64,000 nt of DNA, from the NCBI GenBank assembly GCA_964457775.1, contig CAYWEW010000001.1, positions 17,783 to 81,782 of the forward strand, given 5' to 3'. This stretch comes from an uncultured Candidatus Saccharibacteria bacterium. Lineage in GTDB: Bacteria; Patescibacteriota; Minisyncoccia; Phycocordibacterales; UBA5272. Of the stretch, positions 21,299 through 31,647 are shown in pieces. Below the pieces are notes generated by a model. The model was given only the letters and a program-made list of their open reading frames with translations, was not told where the DNA came from and did not search any database. Numbering within the stretch: the first letter of the stretch is position 1; each line of letters starts with the position of its first letter. The position numbers and the translations under genes were made by a program.

Positions 21299-21464
21299 CC
21301 CCCAGAAGGGTGATCTTCCTCAGTAAACTTTTTTCGTCAAAAAAGTTTCATCGGACGGGCTCGTGGTTTTTCTTGCTAGAAAAACATCACTCCGCCTTTC
21401 GATCCCTTACGCAAGTGACACTGGTCACTCGCTCTGGTTTCCCAAAAACGCTTCGCTTATTTTG
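21299..21464 (-). repeat. tRNA 3'-associated structured element (tRNA-Lys copy)
   Basis: Contains AAGGGATCGAA (antisense to the T-arm) and ends with the direct repeat CCCTTCTGGGGG of the tRNA 3' end. Confidence 0.75.
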
Positions 21465-21537
21465 TGCCCCCAGAAGGGATCGAACCTTCGACCGTCTGCT
21501 TAAAAGGCAGCTGCTCTACCGACTGAGCTATAGGGAC
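21465..21537 (-). tRNA. tRNA-Lys(UUU)
   Basis: GTCCCTATAGCTCAGTCGGTAGAGCAGCTGCCTTTTAAGCAGACGGTCGAAGGTTCGATCCCTTCTGGGGGCA; CCA not encoded. Confidence 0.95.
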
Positions 21538-21842
21538 ATGTTTTTTATTTTACTACCTACTAACTAGGTAAACGTTTTAATATATCTACCGACTTGCGTC
21601 AACGCTTGCTAGCTTATGACATCTTCGCTTCCAGGAAGCGAATCTGTTGATTCGGCCACGTTCTCTAGCTACGCGGGACCCTTAATGGTAATTAGGATGA
21701 ATAACATTAAACATCTTTTTACTAATAACGTTTCAATATACTAACATAAAATACAATACTTTTCCAGTATGGGAAGAGAGTTGGTTTATAAACGTACTTT
21801 CTTCCCCATATAATCACAGAGAATATCTGTTACACTTAATTT

Positions 21843-22931
21843 ATGAACAAAAAGTTTCTATATTATTTCATTGCTGTCTTATTGGTCGGTAGTATTCCTG
21901 GAGTTACATACTTGGTTCGTAATCGTATACCACAAACAGAATCACCCTCAAATAAAGAACACACCTGCACACAGGTTCCAAAAATTTGTCCTAACGGTAC
22001 AGCCATTTACAGGACAGGGCCTAGTTGTATATTCTTACCTTGCCCTACTGACACTGGAACAACGACAAATAATATAAATGTGTCAGAATCGACTAGTGCC
22101 AAAATTTCTACGTCTACAATTATTACCGAAAATTTAGTTAAACAAAAATCATCCCCTCAACCTGTAAAAGTGGAAGAGTCCATTTTTTCTAAAATAACTT
22201 CTTCAATCTCTTCTGCCATCAACTCAGTTACATCTTCATTTAGCAATAACCCCACTGTAGTTAATTACAGTCCAAATAACACCAACATCCCACCTTCTAC
22301 TTATGTATCGAGCTCATCCACTTCTCCATACAAACAATTACCACCAGAAAATTTTGCAGGAGAAAAATATATTGTAAAAGATGGTGTCATACTTTCAACA
22401 GATAACAGACTAGTTTATACAATTCCAAAAGAGGTAATTAACAATGTAAGTTCTTCACAACCAGGATGGACCAACACCATAATCAATGTCGTTGCAGTTG
22501 GGGCCGTAGCTCCAGTGCTACCAAATAATGCAATTCCAATTGAAGACCTTCCAGGAAAATATTACTTAAGTCAAAACTCATTCGGGAATATAAATGAATG
22601 TGAATTTTCTAACAAAATATTTATTTTAGACACAATTGCAGACACGGTAACACTTATGTATGAAGAGAATAATACGACCCTTTCACGCGATGACCCAAGA
22701 GCATGTAATAGTGAAATTTTTCTTTTAAAAACAGAAGCAAGTAATCTTATTCTTAAGTATCACACTATTGGGACGAATACGCTTTGTGATAGTGCCTGGA
22801 GTGAGCCAGAAAAAACATTTTATCTTGATGTAACAAAACTACGTACTGAAGGAATGAGAAAATATATTATTCCAGAAAGTCTTTCTGCGGGGGCTGAAGC
22901 TGAGGAGGAAGCATGCAGGAGTAGTTTGTAA
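21843..22931 (+). CDS. Hypothetical surface protein with Cys module
   Basis: N-terminal TM, CTQVPKICPNGTAIYRTGPSCIFLPCP module, S/T-rich linker. Confidence 0.75.
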   Translation: MNKKFLYYFIAVLLVGSIPGVTYLVRNRIPQTESPSNKEHTCTQVPKICPNGTAIYRTGPSCIFLPCPTDTGTTTNNINVSESTSAKISTSTIITENLVKQKSSPQPVKVEESIFSKITSSISSAINSVTSSFSNNPTVVNYSPNNTNIPPSTYVSSSSTSPYKQLPPENFAGEKYIVKDGVILSTDNRLVYTIPKEVINNVSSSQPGWTNTIINVVAVGAVAPVLPNNAIPIEDLPGKYYLSQNSFGNINECEFSNKIFILDTIADTVTLMYEENNTTLSRDDPRACNSEIFLLKTEASNLILKYHTIGTNTLCDSAWSEPEKTFYLDVTKLRTEGMRKYIIPESLSAGAEAEEEACRSSL

Positions 22932-23018
22932 AGTCAAAAGTTTATAAAGTTGAAAGTTAATACAATACGAACCAGTCACGAAATGATTGGTTCGTATTTA
23001 CTTTATAGACTTTTGACT

Positions 23019-23648
23019 TTAAAGACTGAGTATTATTTTCTCTAATTCTACTTTCAAATCAGCTTCACCTCGATGAGCTAATATCGGTGCACGTATTAAT
23101 TTCCCCCCAATTTCTTCGCATTCATTCAGTGTGAATTTTGATGGTTTTCCAAGCTTTACATCACTCCAGACACCTTGGAATTTCCACCACAATGCGCCAT
23201 TTATGGCCTCAGGACTATCCAAATCCCTTATCCTCATCCATTCTATCCAAACCTCCTTTTTGTCTCTCCTTGCGAACAAATTACAAAAAGTAAACACATC
23301 AACATCTTTTTCTTTCCCCTCTCTTGCATCATAAACTTTCTCTGCATATTTTGTTAATCGTGTAACACGATTCGCATCTGAAAACGGCTCATCGATAATA
23401 AATATATTAGTTGATTCTTTCATCTCAGGTAATAATCTAACCACCTCATCACGTGAAGAAGCTACGTCCATAACTTGAATAAGATTCGCGATAACCTTAT
23501 CTCCAAATAAGTTTGATGCGGAAATTAATGGCTCAAGTGTCGCAACTTGTTCACTATAAATATGAGCCGATACATTACCTAGTTTATTAAGCAACTCATA
23601 TGCCTTCTCTCTCTTATTCGTATCTGTTCCAACAATCGCGTATATCAT
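23019..23648 (-). CDS. Probable short DNA polymerase III delta (HolA-like) subunit
   Basis: MIYAIVG, NLFGDKVI, DVFTFCNLF, C-terminal ELEKIILSL; downstream of polA. Confidence 0.6.
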   Translation of the reverse strand: MIYAIVGTDTNKREKAYELLNKLGNVSAHIYSEQVATLEPLISASNLFGDKVIANLIQVMDVASSRDEVVRLLPEMKESTNIFIIDEPFSDANRVTRLTKYAEKVYDAREGKEKDVDVFTFCNLFARRDKKEVWIEWMRIRDLDSPEAINGALWWKFQGVWSDVKLGKPSKFTLNECEEIGGKLIRAPILAHRGEADLKVELEKIILSL

Positions 23649-23653
23649 ACATG

Positions 23654-26005
23654 TTAAATAATTTGTAAATTACTTCCAAGAGTTCGTGAGGCTTTAATAG
23701 GTAAATCAGACAGCTTTCTTTTTGAGAGAACATTTTCAAGTACGAGAACTAATTCATCTGCAACTTTTTCTGCAATGTCTTCATCTATTTCAAAAACTAG
23801 TTCATCGTGAATCTGTAATACTAACTTAACCTTGTCATCCAACTTCTTTTCATTAATAAAATCCGCCGTATCTAACATTGCCAACTTAATAATATCCGCA
23901 CTCGTCCCCTGCACTGGAGCATTAATCGCAATACGCTCACCGGACGCACGAAGAAATGGTAGAGGACTTTTGAGTAATGGAACTTCACGACGACGGCCTA
24001 ATAGTGTCTCGGTATATCCATGCTTCCACGCGAAAGCTTTCACTTCTTCAAGATATTTCATTAGTGTCGAGAAAGTAAATTTGTACTGATCATAAAATTC
24101 CTGCGCTTCTTTTCGCTCAACACCCATACCCTCTTTCAGAGCTGTTACTCCCATACCATAGAGAATTCCGAAATTAATTGCCTTAGCTTTTCTTCTCATA
24201 TCAGAAGTTACCTTTTCTTCTTTTACCCCGAATACTCTCGCTGCGGTTCCAGTGTGTACATCAATTCCTTTTTGGAAAATCTCAACCAAATTTTCATCCC
24301 CTGACAAAATAGCTGCGGCTCGCAAATCAATCTGAGCATAATCACATGAAAGCAAAACTTTCCCCTTCGCTGAAATAAAAGCAGACCTTACCTTTTGACC
24401 AAGTTCGCTCTTAATTGGAATGTTTTGCAAATTTGGCTCCTCACAACTAAATCTTCCTGTCCCCGAACCTGTCTGCACGAAATGTGCATGTATTCTTCCG
24501 TCATCCTTCACATATGTTGGCAGTGAGTCAATATAAGTTGAAAGTAGTTTTGTAAGTTCACGATATTCTAGAATATAAACAATTGACGGATGTTCATCCT
24601 TAATCTTTTCAAGCTCAGAAACATTGGTGCTCTTCTGCCCAGTTTTGGTTTTTTTAATTTTGGTTCCAAGATCTAGCTTTTCATATAAGACTTCTCCTAA
24701 TTGTTTTGGAGATGAAATATTAAATTCACTGCCTACTGACTCATAAATTTTTTGTTCGAGAACTTTCACTTGAGCATGTAACTCCTCGCTCATCTTTTTT
24801 AATTTATCTACATCTAATGTAATACCATTCTTCTCCATTTCATCCACTCTTTTAATAAGTGGCTTTTCGACATTAATAAACAAATCCCAAAGCTTTTCTT
24901 TTTTGAGTTCCTCTTCTAGGAATTTTCGCATCCCATCTCTAGTTTTTTCTCCGGTAATATTTTCTATATCCTCTATAGGTGCCTTTGTCATTTCACTATG
25001 AAGAAGATGCGTCATAACTTGAAGTTCTTTCATATCTTCTTCACTTATTATTTCTTTTTCTTCTACGACAGTTTCTTGTGTGAGGCCTCCCTCATCTTTC
25101 ATTGCATGTAAACGATTACGCATAGAACGAAATTCGTACAAATCACACATCTCTTGATACTTTGGTATGTTAATTGTTTCTAACCATACTTTTTCTGGTT
25201 CATTATAAGTGACTGGGGCATCACGTCTAATTGTTGCAAGCGTCTTCGAAAATAATGCTTCGTCTTCCCCTTCTTCAAGAAGTCCTACAATACGTTCTTT
25301 GAATCCGTCGTCCAATAATTGTTGTCTGTTGTTTTTCAATACTTCATATATTTTCTCAACTGAACCATAATGCTTAATAAGTTCTGTTGCAGTCTTATCT
25401 CCAATGCCTTTGATGCCAATAATATTATCTGATGTATCTCCAGCGAATCCTTTATAATCAGGAATATGTTCTGGACCAAAACCAAATCTATCCATCACAC
25501 TTTTTGTATTAAATAAAACTGTCTCTGCACCTTTTTTGAAAGTATATACAGTTACTTTATCATCATCAATTAGCTGAAAGGTATCCATATCACCACTAGC
25601 AATAATAATTCTAGTATCTTTATGTTTTTTTAATTGTTCAGCAATTGTTCCTAATAAATCGTCAGCCTCGAACCCTTCGCATGTATAAACTGGTATAGAA
25701 AGAGCTTCACATAATTTGTAAGACTCTTTAATTTGATCAATAAGTTCGTCATCTGTTTTTTGTCTTCCACCTTTATAGGCATCATAACTAAGATGACGAA
25801 ACGTTGGTTTCGGTAAGTCATAACATGCTGCAATATAATCTGGTTTTATGTTTTCGTAAATTTTAAGCACCATAGACAAGAACCCGTACAGTGCTCCTGT
25901 TGGTCTACCGTCACGTGTAGCGAATCCTCCCATAGCATGGTAACCGCGATGTAATATCGCATGTGCATCAAGTAACACAATAGTTTTCATTGTGCTTTTT
26001 TTCAT
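23654..26005 (-). CDS. polA: DNA polymerase I (apparently lacking most of the 3'-5' exonuclease domain)
   Basis: 5'-3' exo motifs (LLDAH, EADD, GDTSDNIIG); pol motifs TGRFS..PNLQNIP, DYAQIDLR, RRKAKAINFGILYG, QIHDELVF; 783 aa. Confidence 0.96.
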   Translation of the reverse strand: MKKSTMKTIVLLDAHAILHRGYHAMGGFATRDGRPTGALYGFLSMVLKIYENIKPDYIAACYDLPKPTFRHLSYDAYKGGRQKTDDELIDQIKESYKLCEALSIPVYTCEGFEADDLLGTIAEQLKKHKDTRIIIASGDMDTFQLIDDDKVTVYTFKKGAETVLFNTKSVMDRFGFGPEHIPDYKGFAGDTSDNIIGIKGIGDKTATELIKHYGSVEKIYEVLKNNRQQLLDDGFKERIVGLLEEGEDEALFSKTLATIRRDAPVTYNEPEKVWLETINIPKYQEMCDLYEFRSMRNRLHAMKDEGGLTQETVVEEKEIISEEDMKELQVMTHLLHSEMTKAPIEDIENITGEKTRDGMRKFLEEELKKEKLWDLFINVEKPLIKRVDEMEKNGITLDVDKLKKMSEELHAQVKVLEQKIYESVGSEFNISSPKQLGEVLYEKLDLGTKIKKTKTGQKSTNVSELEKIKDEHPSIVYILEYRELTKLLSTYIDSLPTYVKDDGRIHAHFVQTGSGTGRFSCEEPNLQNIPIKSELGQKVRSAFISAKGKVLLSCDYAQIDLRAAAILSGDENLVEIFQKGIDVHTGTAARVFGVKEEKVTSDMRRKAKAINFGILYGMGVTALKEGMGVERKEAQEFYDQYKFTFSTLMKYLEEVKAFAWKHGYTETLLGRRREVPLLKSPLPFLRASGERIAINAPVQGTSADIIKLAMLDTADFINEKKLDDKVKLVLQIHDELVFEIDEDIAEKVADELVLVLENVLSKRKLSDLPIKASRTLGSNLQII

Positions 26006-26469
26006 ACTCTATTTTTTTCATCCATCTCTTCATACATCAAAGTAACTTCTCGAGTATCATCATCGATTATGGTAAAAAGCATTTCTAGGTCCGGCTTCAG
26101 ATATTTCATCTTTGTTGGCCATTCAATAGCCAAGATAGTATCTGACTCTCCTAAGTCATCTTCGATTCTAAGAACGCGACCCTCTTGTGGAGTATTGAAT
26201 CTATACGCATCAATGTGAATTAATTTTTTGAATTGGGCATGTTCTGCATCGTATTCTTTTTTTAGAATAAATGTAGGACTATTAACCTTATGTTTATCTA
26301 TACCAATTAAAGATGCAAGTTCTTTTGTAAATGTAGTTTTACCTGAACCTAAATCACCATCAAGTAGAAGCACTTTTGCTTTTGAAGTTTCTTTTGTATA
26401 CAGCAAATGAAGAACTTTTTGAGCAAGTTCTTCCATGTCCTTTTCAGTTACTTCAAAGGTTTCTTTCAT
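26002..26469 (-). CDS. tsaE: tRNA t6A biosynthesis ATPase TsaE
   Basis: GDLGSGKTTF, VNSPTF, HIDAYR, AIEWP. Confidence 0.95.
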   Translation of the reverse strand: MKETFEVTEKDMEELAQKVLHLLYTKETSKAKVLLLDGDLGSGKTTFTKELASLIGIDKHKVNSPTFILKKEYDAEHAQFKKLIHIDAYRFNTPQEGRVLRIEDDLGESDTILAIEWPTKMKYLKPDLEMLFTIIDDDTREVTLMYEEMDEKNRV

Positions 26470-26552
26470 ATAACATATAATACCACAAAAGAGCGACCAC
26501 TTCGTGGTCGCTCTTTTGTTAACTTTCGTCTCACATAAGGCATTATTTTATG

Positions 26553-28487
26553 TTACTTTGCATTCTCTTTATCTTCTTGATAAGAGGCATATATACTACG
26601 CGCAAGTATGAAGATGATAAATATTATAGCAATGAGAGCTAACCATTCAACAAGATTGTTTGGCATAAAACCTCTCTCACTGCCTGCTCCAATTACTTTC
26701 TTAGCTCCAGTATCTTTATTACTGATACTGTCATTAGGAGTAATTGAACCTACAACATAAGCAGTTACCTCGTCCTGTACAGATGTATTTGGAACCGTAT
26801 AAATTACATATGCTGTAGTTACTATTGATTTACCAATCGTAGCATCTTGTGCAATTTTGCCTGAGATAGCTACAACTCCTTCTGCGTGAGCATCAAGTGT
26901 GTCTTGATTGATTGTTAATATATGTGTTGCTTCATCATATACACCAGAAGTTGCGAGATCGAATTTTATTTCTGCAGGAATTAGAACTTTTACAACTACA
27001 CCTTTAAGACGTGAGTCTGTAGCATTCTTGTAAGTAATTCTATATGACACTGGAGAATTTGCAGAAAGATTTCCTTCACTTTTTTCTACTCTAAGAGTTA
27101 CAAGCTTTTCACCTTGATTAAGCATTGATGCTTGTGTTTCACTTTTTGCATAGAAACTAGAACCATCTGTACATGTTACGAGAGTTTGTTTCTTAACAAC
27201 TTCTGTAACTACTTTCTTTGTAACAGTCTTCTTTGTTGTTGTGACAGGCTTTACATATGTGGTTACAGCATTCTTTGTGACAAAACTCACTATTTCACCT
27301 TTTACAATTCCATATTGATTCTGCATTACAGCACGACAGTAATAACGTGTTGATGGCTTAAGATTTGCAAGTACATTTGAAAATGGTGCAGATGATGAAT
27401 TACCAATTGAAGCAGTTGCTGTTGTTCGACCAAGACTTGATGTTTCACCATATTCGAACCATCCAGTTGAAGGTGCTCCGTTTGCAATAAGCCCAATACC
27501 GTTACAACGACCACTTGTGTTTGTGATTTGAGTTACAACTGAAGTAACAACATTGTTGAATTTAACGGTTGGTAAAGGAGTAACTGTAGGATATCTAACT
27601 ATTGGTTGAGTATTGTAGTAATTCGAACCACTATAATATGTTGTTGGTTGTGTGTAATTATTAGTATTGTAATTTACAGGACAAAGTGATGAATAAGAAA
27701 CGATTGTTCCATTCCAACATGTGTAATTTGTATTTACTGTATTAATTGTACATACACCATTAACTAATGTTGAGCCAGATGGACATGAAGTATTTGTAAT
27801 TTGGCAAGTACCATTTATAAGAGTTGACCCTGATGGACAAGATACTGAATTAATCTGACATGTTCCGTTTACTAATGTTGAGCCTGATGGACAAGATACA
27901 TTATTATTGTTTGTATATCCACCGTAAGTGTATCCATAACTACCAACTGTTGGTGCGTAATTATAACCACCATAGTTATAACCAGCTTGACCATAACTAA
28001 TTCCAATTTGATATGAAGGTGAACTGTATGATGAAACACCGTATGTTGCTGATGAAACATCAGATGTTGTGTATGGTGGGTAGTTTACACCAGTTTCATA
28101 AGTAGGATATGTTGTGTCTGTGTTATAAGTTGGGTAGGTAGTACCACCACTGTACGATGTTGAGTACGTAGTACCGGTGTCATATATTGGATATGTAGTT
28201 CCTCCACTGTATACAGGATATGTAGTTCCCCCACTGTATGTAGTACCAGTGTCATATATTGGATATGTAGTTCCTCCACTGTATACAGGATATGTGGTTC
28301 CCCCACTGTATGTAGTACCAGTATCGTATATTGGATAATTTGTTGTTCCGCCGGAATATGAACTTACTGAACCAACAAACCCATCATCAAATTGAAGTTG
28401 AGCAAAGGCAATAGAAGTACCTTGAAGAAGCAGAACTCCTGCAAGAAAAACAGATACAATGTTTTGTTTTTTCATGATTGTTTTCAT
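26553..28487 (-). CDS. Repeat-rich surface protein (YSGGTTYP and SCPSGSTL repeats, FN3-like and DUF11-like domains, C-terminal TM)
   Basis: Signal peptide, tandem repeats, LKPSTRYYCRA, C-terminal membrane anchor. Confidence 0.8.
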   Translation of the reverse strand: MKTIMKKQNIVSVFLAGVLLLQGTSIAFAQLQFDDGFVGSVSSYSGGTTNYPIYDTGTTYSGGTTYPVYSGGTTYPIYDTGTTYSGGTTYPVYSGGTTYPIYDTGTTYSTSYSGGTTYPTYNTDTTYPTYETGVNYPPYTTSDVSSATYGVSSYSSPSYQIGISYGQAGYNYGGYNYAPTVGSYGYTYGGYTNNNNVSCPSGSTLVNGTCQINSVSCPSGSTLINGTCQITNTSCPSGSTLVNGVCTINTVNTNYTCWNGTIVSYSSLCPVNYNTNNYTQPTTYYSGSNYYNTQPIVRYPTVTPLPTVKFNNVVTSVVTQITNTSGRCNGIGLIANGAPSTGWFEYGETSSLGRTTATASIGNSSSAPFSNVLANLKPSTRYYCRAVMQNQYGIVKGEIVSFVTKNAVTTYVKPVTTTKKTVTKKVVTEVVKKQTLVTCTDGSSFYAKSETQASMLNQGEKLVTLRVEKSEGNLSANSPVSYRITYKNATDSRLKGVVVKVLIPAEIKFDLATSGVYDEATHILTINQDTLDAHAEGVVAISGKIAQDATIGKSIVTTAYVIYTVPNTSVQDEVTAYVVGSITPNDSISNKDTGAKKVIGAGSERGFMPNNLVEWLALIAIIFIIFILARSIYASYQEDKENAK

Positions 28488-28615
28488 AATTGTTTTATCT
28501 ATTACCTTTAATAAGAATTATATTATATCACCTTTATTATTAAATGTCAAGCCCTTTTTATAATAAAAAACAGGTCACCAAAGGAGGTGACCTGTGCTGA
28601 GCATACAGCTTGCTT

Positions 28616-29416
28616 TTACTTCTGCTGATAGGTAACTTGGTCAATTTCAACCCTTCCACCACCACCAACACGGCCGATCCAGACGCTTTCCGACTCCCCT
28701 TGTTTCGGAGAAATAATCGAGAAAGTGGCACAGAACGGGGGCCTTCCCTCTCCGTTGCCGGAGGAGAAGATGCACCTGCCAGGATTTTGCTGGGTGGCAG
28801 TGTTTTCGCGCCAATACCAAACGGCATCAGAGCGAGAAACGTGACCAGTAACTACGGGTGGAACGACGGCGGGTATGACTGGTGCAGAAGCTGTGGCTGG
28901 AATCACTGGTTTTTTTGGTTTTTCCGCCTTCGGTTTACTGGTCGGCTTTTTGGGAGTCACCGGAGCAACTACCACCTTGTCTTCCATGTTCGGCTTTTGG
29001 ACCTCACTTGTAGGACAAGCAACTTCACACTTCTTCGCCAAGGCGATTAGTGCTTGGTCAGCCTTCTTTTCAACCGAAGCAAGACCGTTCTTGACCCCCG
29101 CAACCTCGCTGTTATCAGCTTTGGTAAACCAGAGAACAGTTCCAGTAATCAGAGCAAGACCAATCGCAAGCAAACTGCACCAGGAGCAACCTTTGTTGTT
29201 CTTAGGTGAATCGCCACCGGATGACGGAGGAGGTGTGTCACCACCAAGTCCGTTTTCCCTGAAAGACTTTTCAGCCTTTCTGGCGGCGTCCGAAGCTTCT
29301 TTCGACGCGGCGTCAGCTGCTTTTTTGGCGGCTGCGGCGGAAACTGCTTTCTGTGCTGCTTTTTCCATTTCCTCCGCAGCAATGCGGAGGCCTTCAGGTG
29401 TGATCTTCTTGGTCAT
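28616..29416 (-). CDS. Hypothetical membrane protein (GC-richer island)
   Basis: SD AAGGAGG, promoter TTGACT-17-TATAAT, Ala-rich N-terminus, one TM, Pro/Lys linker. Confidence 0.7.
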   Translation of the reverse strand: MTKKITPEGLRIAAEEMEKAAQKAVSAAAAKKAADAASKEASDAARKAEKSFRENGLGGDTPPPSSGGDSPKNNKGCSWCSLLAIGLALITGTVLWFTKADNSEVAGVKNGLASVEKKADQALIALAKKCEVACPTSEVQKPNMEDKVVVAPVTPKKPTSKPKAEKPKKPVIPATASAPVIPAVVPPVVTGHVSRSDAVWYWRENTATQQNPGRCIFSSGNGEGRPPFCATFSIISPKQGESESVWIGRVGGGGRVEIDQVTYQQK

Positions 29417-29610
29417 GATGACCTCCTTTAAATTGATTTTTCAAAATATCATTAACGACTGAATTTACCTGTCGATGACTCTGTGGATGATTATATCATA
29501 TTATTATTAAAAAGTCAAGCTTTACATCTACGAAAAGTACTGCATTATTTCAAAATAAAAACCCCTCTAATCTTTCGATTTGAGGGGTTTGTTGGGAGTG
29601 CCGGATTCGA

Positions 29611-30267
29611 CTACTCCCCTTTGTGAGGATCGTCCGGCAGCATGCAGACCATGTTGCCGTCTTGCGGATGACCTTGCCATGCGAGCTTAGCCCAGACTTT
29701 GCCATCCTTACAGCGCGATGGAACTGCACTTGCAACCTTTTCGGGTTGGGTACTGTTGCCAGCGCGATGCGAGTCGTCCGGTGCCATGCAGACCATGTTG
29801 CCGTCTTGCGGATGACCTGGCCATGCGAGCTTAGCCCAGACTTTTCCATCACTACAACGGTTCTGCGGTTGGGTCATGACTTGTTGGACTTGTTGTTGTT
29901 CGCTTTCGCAGTATTTGTTACCTGCGAATGCTCCGACAAGCCCACCGATGATGGCACCGATTCCACGGTTTTCCTCACCACCAATCAGTGCACCACCTAC
30001 AGCACCAGCTGCACCGCCGACAAGTTCACACTTACCGATGTTGGCTCCTGCCTGCATCACTGGTGCAAAATTCCCTTGCGGTTGCGTAATCAGGCGCCCA
30101 TCCCAGCATTCCTGAGGTTGGCCGAGTTTTTGTGGTGCAGGAACGCACCCTGGAGGAAGACGATACGAGTTATTCGCACCGACTCCCATACCCATGCCAC
30201 CTGTTGCACATCCTCCGAGGAGGAGTGTGGCAACAGCGAGAAGTACTGCAAACAGTTTGTTTTTCAT
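29611..30267 (-). CDS. Glycine-zipper 2TM lipoprotein with duplicated Cys module
   Basis: Lipobox LLGGC, GGAAGAVGGALIGG...GAIIGGLVGAFAG, two copies of RCxDGKVWAKLAWxGHPQDGNMVCMxPDD; SD CAGGAG. Confidence 0.75.
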   Translation of the reverse strand: MKNKLFAVLLAVATLLLGGCATGGMGMGVGANNSYRLPPGCVPAPQKLGQPQECWDGRLITQPQGNFAPVMQAGANIGKCELVGGAAGAVGGALIGGEENRGIGAIIGGLVGAFAGNKYCESEQQQVQQVMTQPQNRCSDGKVWAKLAWPGHPQDGNMVCMAPDDSHRAGNSTQPEKVASAVPSRCKDGKVWAKLAWQGHPQDGNMVCMLPDDPHKGE

Positions 30268-30453
30268 GACTTTCTCCTGTAATTAGAATCAATGAGCAGA
30301 TCTCATTTGATTGGAATGATTTCCAACCTACTGAGCTGTATATAGTATACATGTTTTATGGATTTTGTCAAGCTAAATTATTTGACAAATGTACTATACT
30401 ATAGTATATTATATTTGTTCTTTTCCATACGACGATAAAAAGGAGCCTCTAAA

Positions 30454-30651
30454 ATGGTCCACCCAGTACTGAAAAAAGCGATAGTTGACGGCAGAAAGAG
30501 TGAACTCGAGATTCTCGCAACCCAGTTTCACGAGCAACTCAGCCTACGTGATACTGGAGCAACAGCAAAGATCACCTACAAAGCAATCAAGACTCTGGCG
30601 ACTCCAGAAGAAGTGATTGAAATTCTAGAAAATGAATTCAATTTAGTGTAA
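30454..30651 (+). CDS. Small hypothetical orphan protein
   Basis: TTGACA-17-TATATT promoter, GTTCTTTT, SD AGGAG, terminator CCCCGA-CTAGT-TCGGGG. Confidence 0.7.
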   Translation: MVHPVLKKAIVDGRKSELEILATQFHEQLSLRDTGATAKITYKAIKTLATPEEVIEILENEFNLV

Positions 30652-30794
30652 ACCACAAACATCAACCCCCGACTAGTTCGGGGGATTTATATATGTTGTT
30701 TGTTAAAATTTTTTGACAAATTATATAAAGGTTTTATTAAAAATGACTAAAAGTGACCCTGTAAGGGGTCACTTTTTTTAAACACAGAATCCTG

Positions 30795-30917
30795 AAAACT
30801 TAAGATTTTAGATGCAGTACGAGGAGCATAGGAATTTTTCGAGGAAGTCGTACAAATAGTACGACGACTAAGAAAAATTCCGTAGCGACAAAGTAATGCG
30901 CTAAAATATTAAGTTTT
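30795..30917. repeat. Palindromic structured element, copy 1
   Basis: TAC-GAGGAGC...GAAGTCGTAC-AAATA-GTACGACGACT...GCGACAAAGTA; abuts the rplE stop. Confidence 0.85.
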
Positions 30918-31470
30918 ATGCTTTTTTGAACGGGATGCCGAGTAGTTCAAAGAATCGAGTCGCCTCCTCTTTTGTCTTTGCCGTTGTTCCAAGAGTAATA
31001 GCCATACCGAACACATCCTTTAATTCTTCATCGTGAATTTCTGGGAAGATAGTATGTTCCTTGATGCCAAATGTCATATTACCAATATTGTCTACTGATG
31101 TACGATTAAGACCACGGAAGTCCTTTGTACGTGGAAGTGAAACATTGAGTACCTTATCCAAGAAACCAAACATGCGAGCACCGCGAAGTGTTACTGCAAC
31201 ACCGATTGGATCCCCTTCACGAGTTTTGAATGACGCAACTGACATCTTCGCTTTACGAATAGTTGCCTTTTGTCCTGTAATCTTTGAAAGACGATCGAGA
31301 ACTAAGTCGTTAAATTTTTTATCACGCTTCATTGCTGAGCCCGTAGCTACAGAAATGTTAACCTTAACAAGTCTTGGGGCTGCCATTATATTCTTATAAC
31401 CAAATTCTTTTGCAAGAACTGTATACGCTTGCTTTTGCTTATCTTGTACACTCATTATTTTTTCTGCCAT
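30916..31470 (-). CDS. rplE: 50S ribosomal protein L5
   Basis: PRLVKVNIS, ITGQK, FKTREGDPIGVAVTLRG, GIKEHTIFPEI. Confidence 0.98.
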   Translation of the reverse strand: MAEKIMSVQDKQKQAYTVLAKEFGYKNIMAAPRLVKVNISVATGSAMKRDKKFNDLVLDRLSKITGQKATIRKAKMSVASFKTREGDPIGVAVTLRGARMFGFLDKVLNVSLPRTKDFRGLNRTSVDNIGNMTFGIKEHTIFPEIHDEELKDVFGMAITLGTTAKTKEEATRFFELLGIPFKKA

Positions 31471-31647
31471 ATATTTATTCTAAGCACGATTGGTCCTTGA
31501 GGATATACCTTTCCGGACGTTATACGTCGCTTATTTGTAGAAATTTTCCTTTCTACATTACTGTTAGTAGACTTATACTCTACTACAAAATGGACTATTT
31601 GTAAACAACAAAAATCGACCACTTTTGCTATTTAAATATGCATTATT

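Noticed and set aside
21265-21567. 100-aa ORF (similarly 50441..50632, 54430..54672, 54447..54659, 57652..57906)
   Set aside because: These overlap tRNA/tmRNA genes, their flanking elements or rpmI antisense; they are spurious.
28130-28350. Tandem DNA repeats resembling an array
   Set aside because: They are in-frame coding repeats (YSGGTTYP) inside the 26553..28487 surface protein.
28610-30282. Long plus-strand ORFs 28610..29050, 28875..29462 and 29623..30282
   Set aside because: They are antisense shadows of GC-rich minus-strand genes that carry SDs, promoters and plausible protein features.
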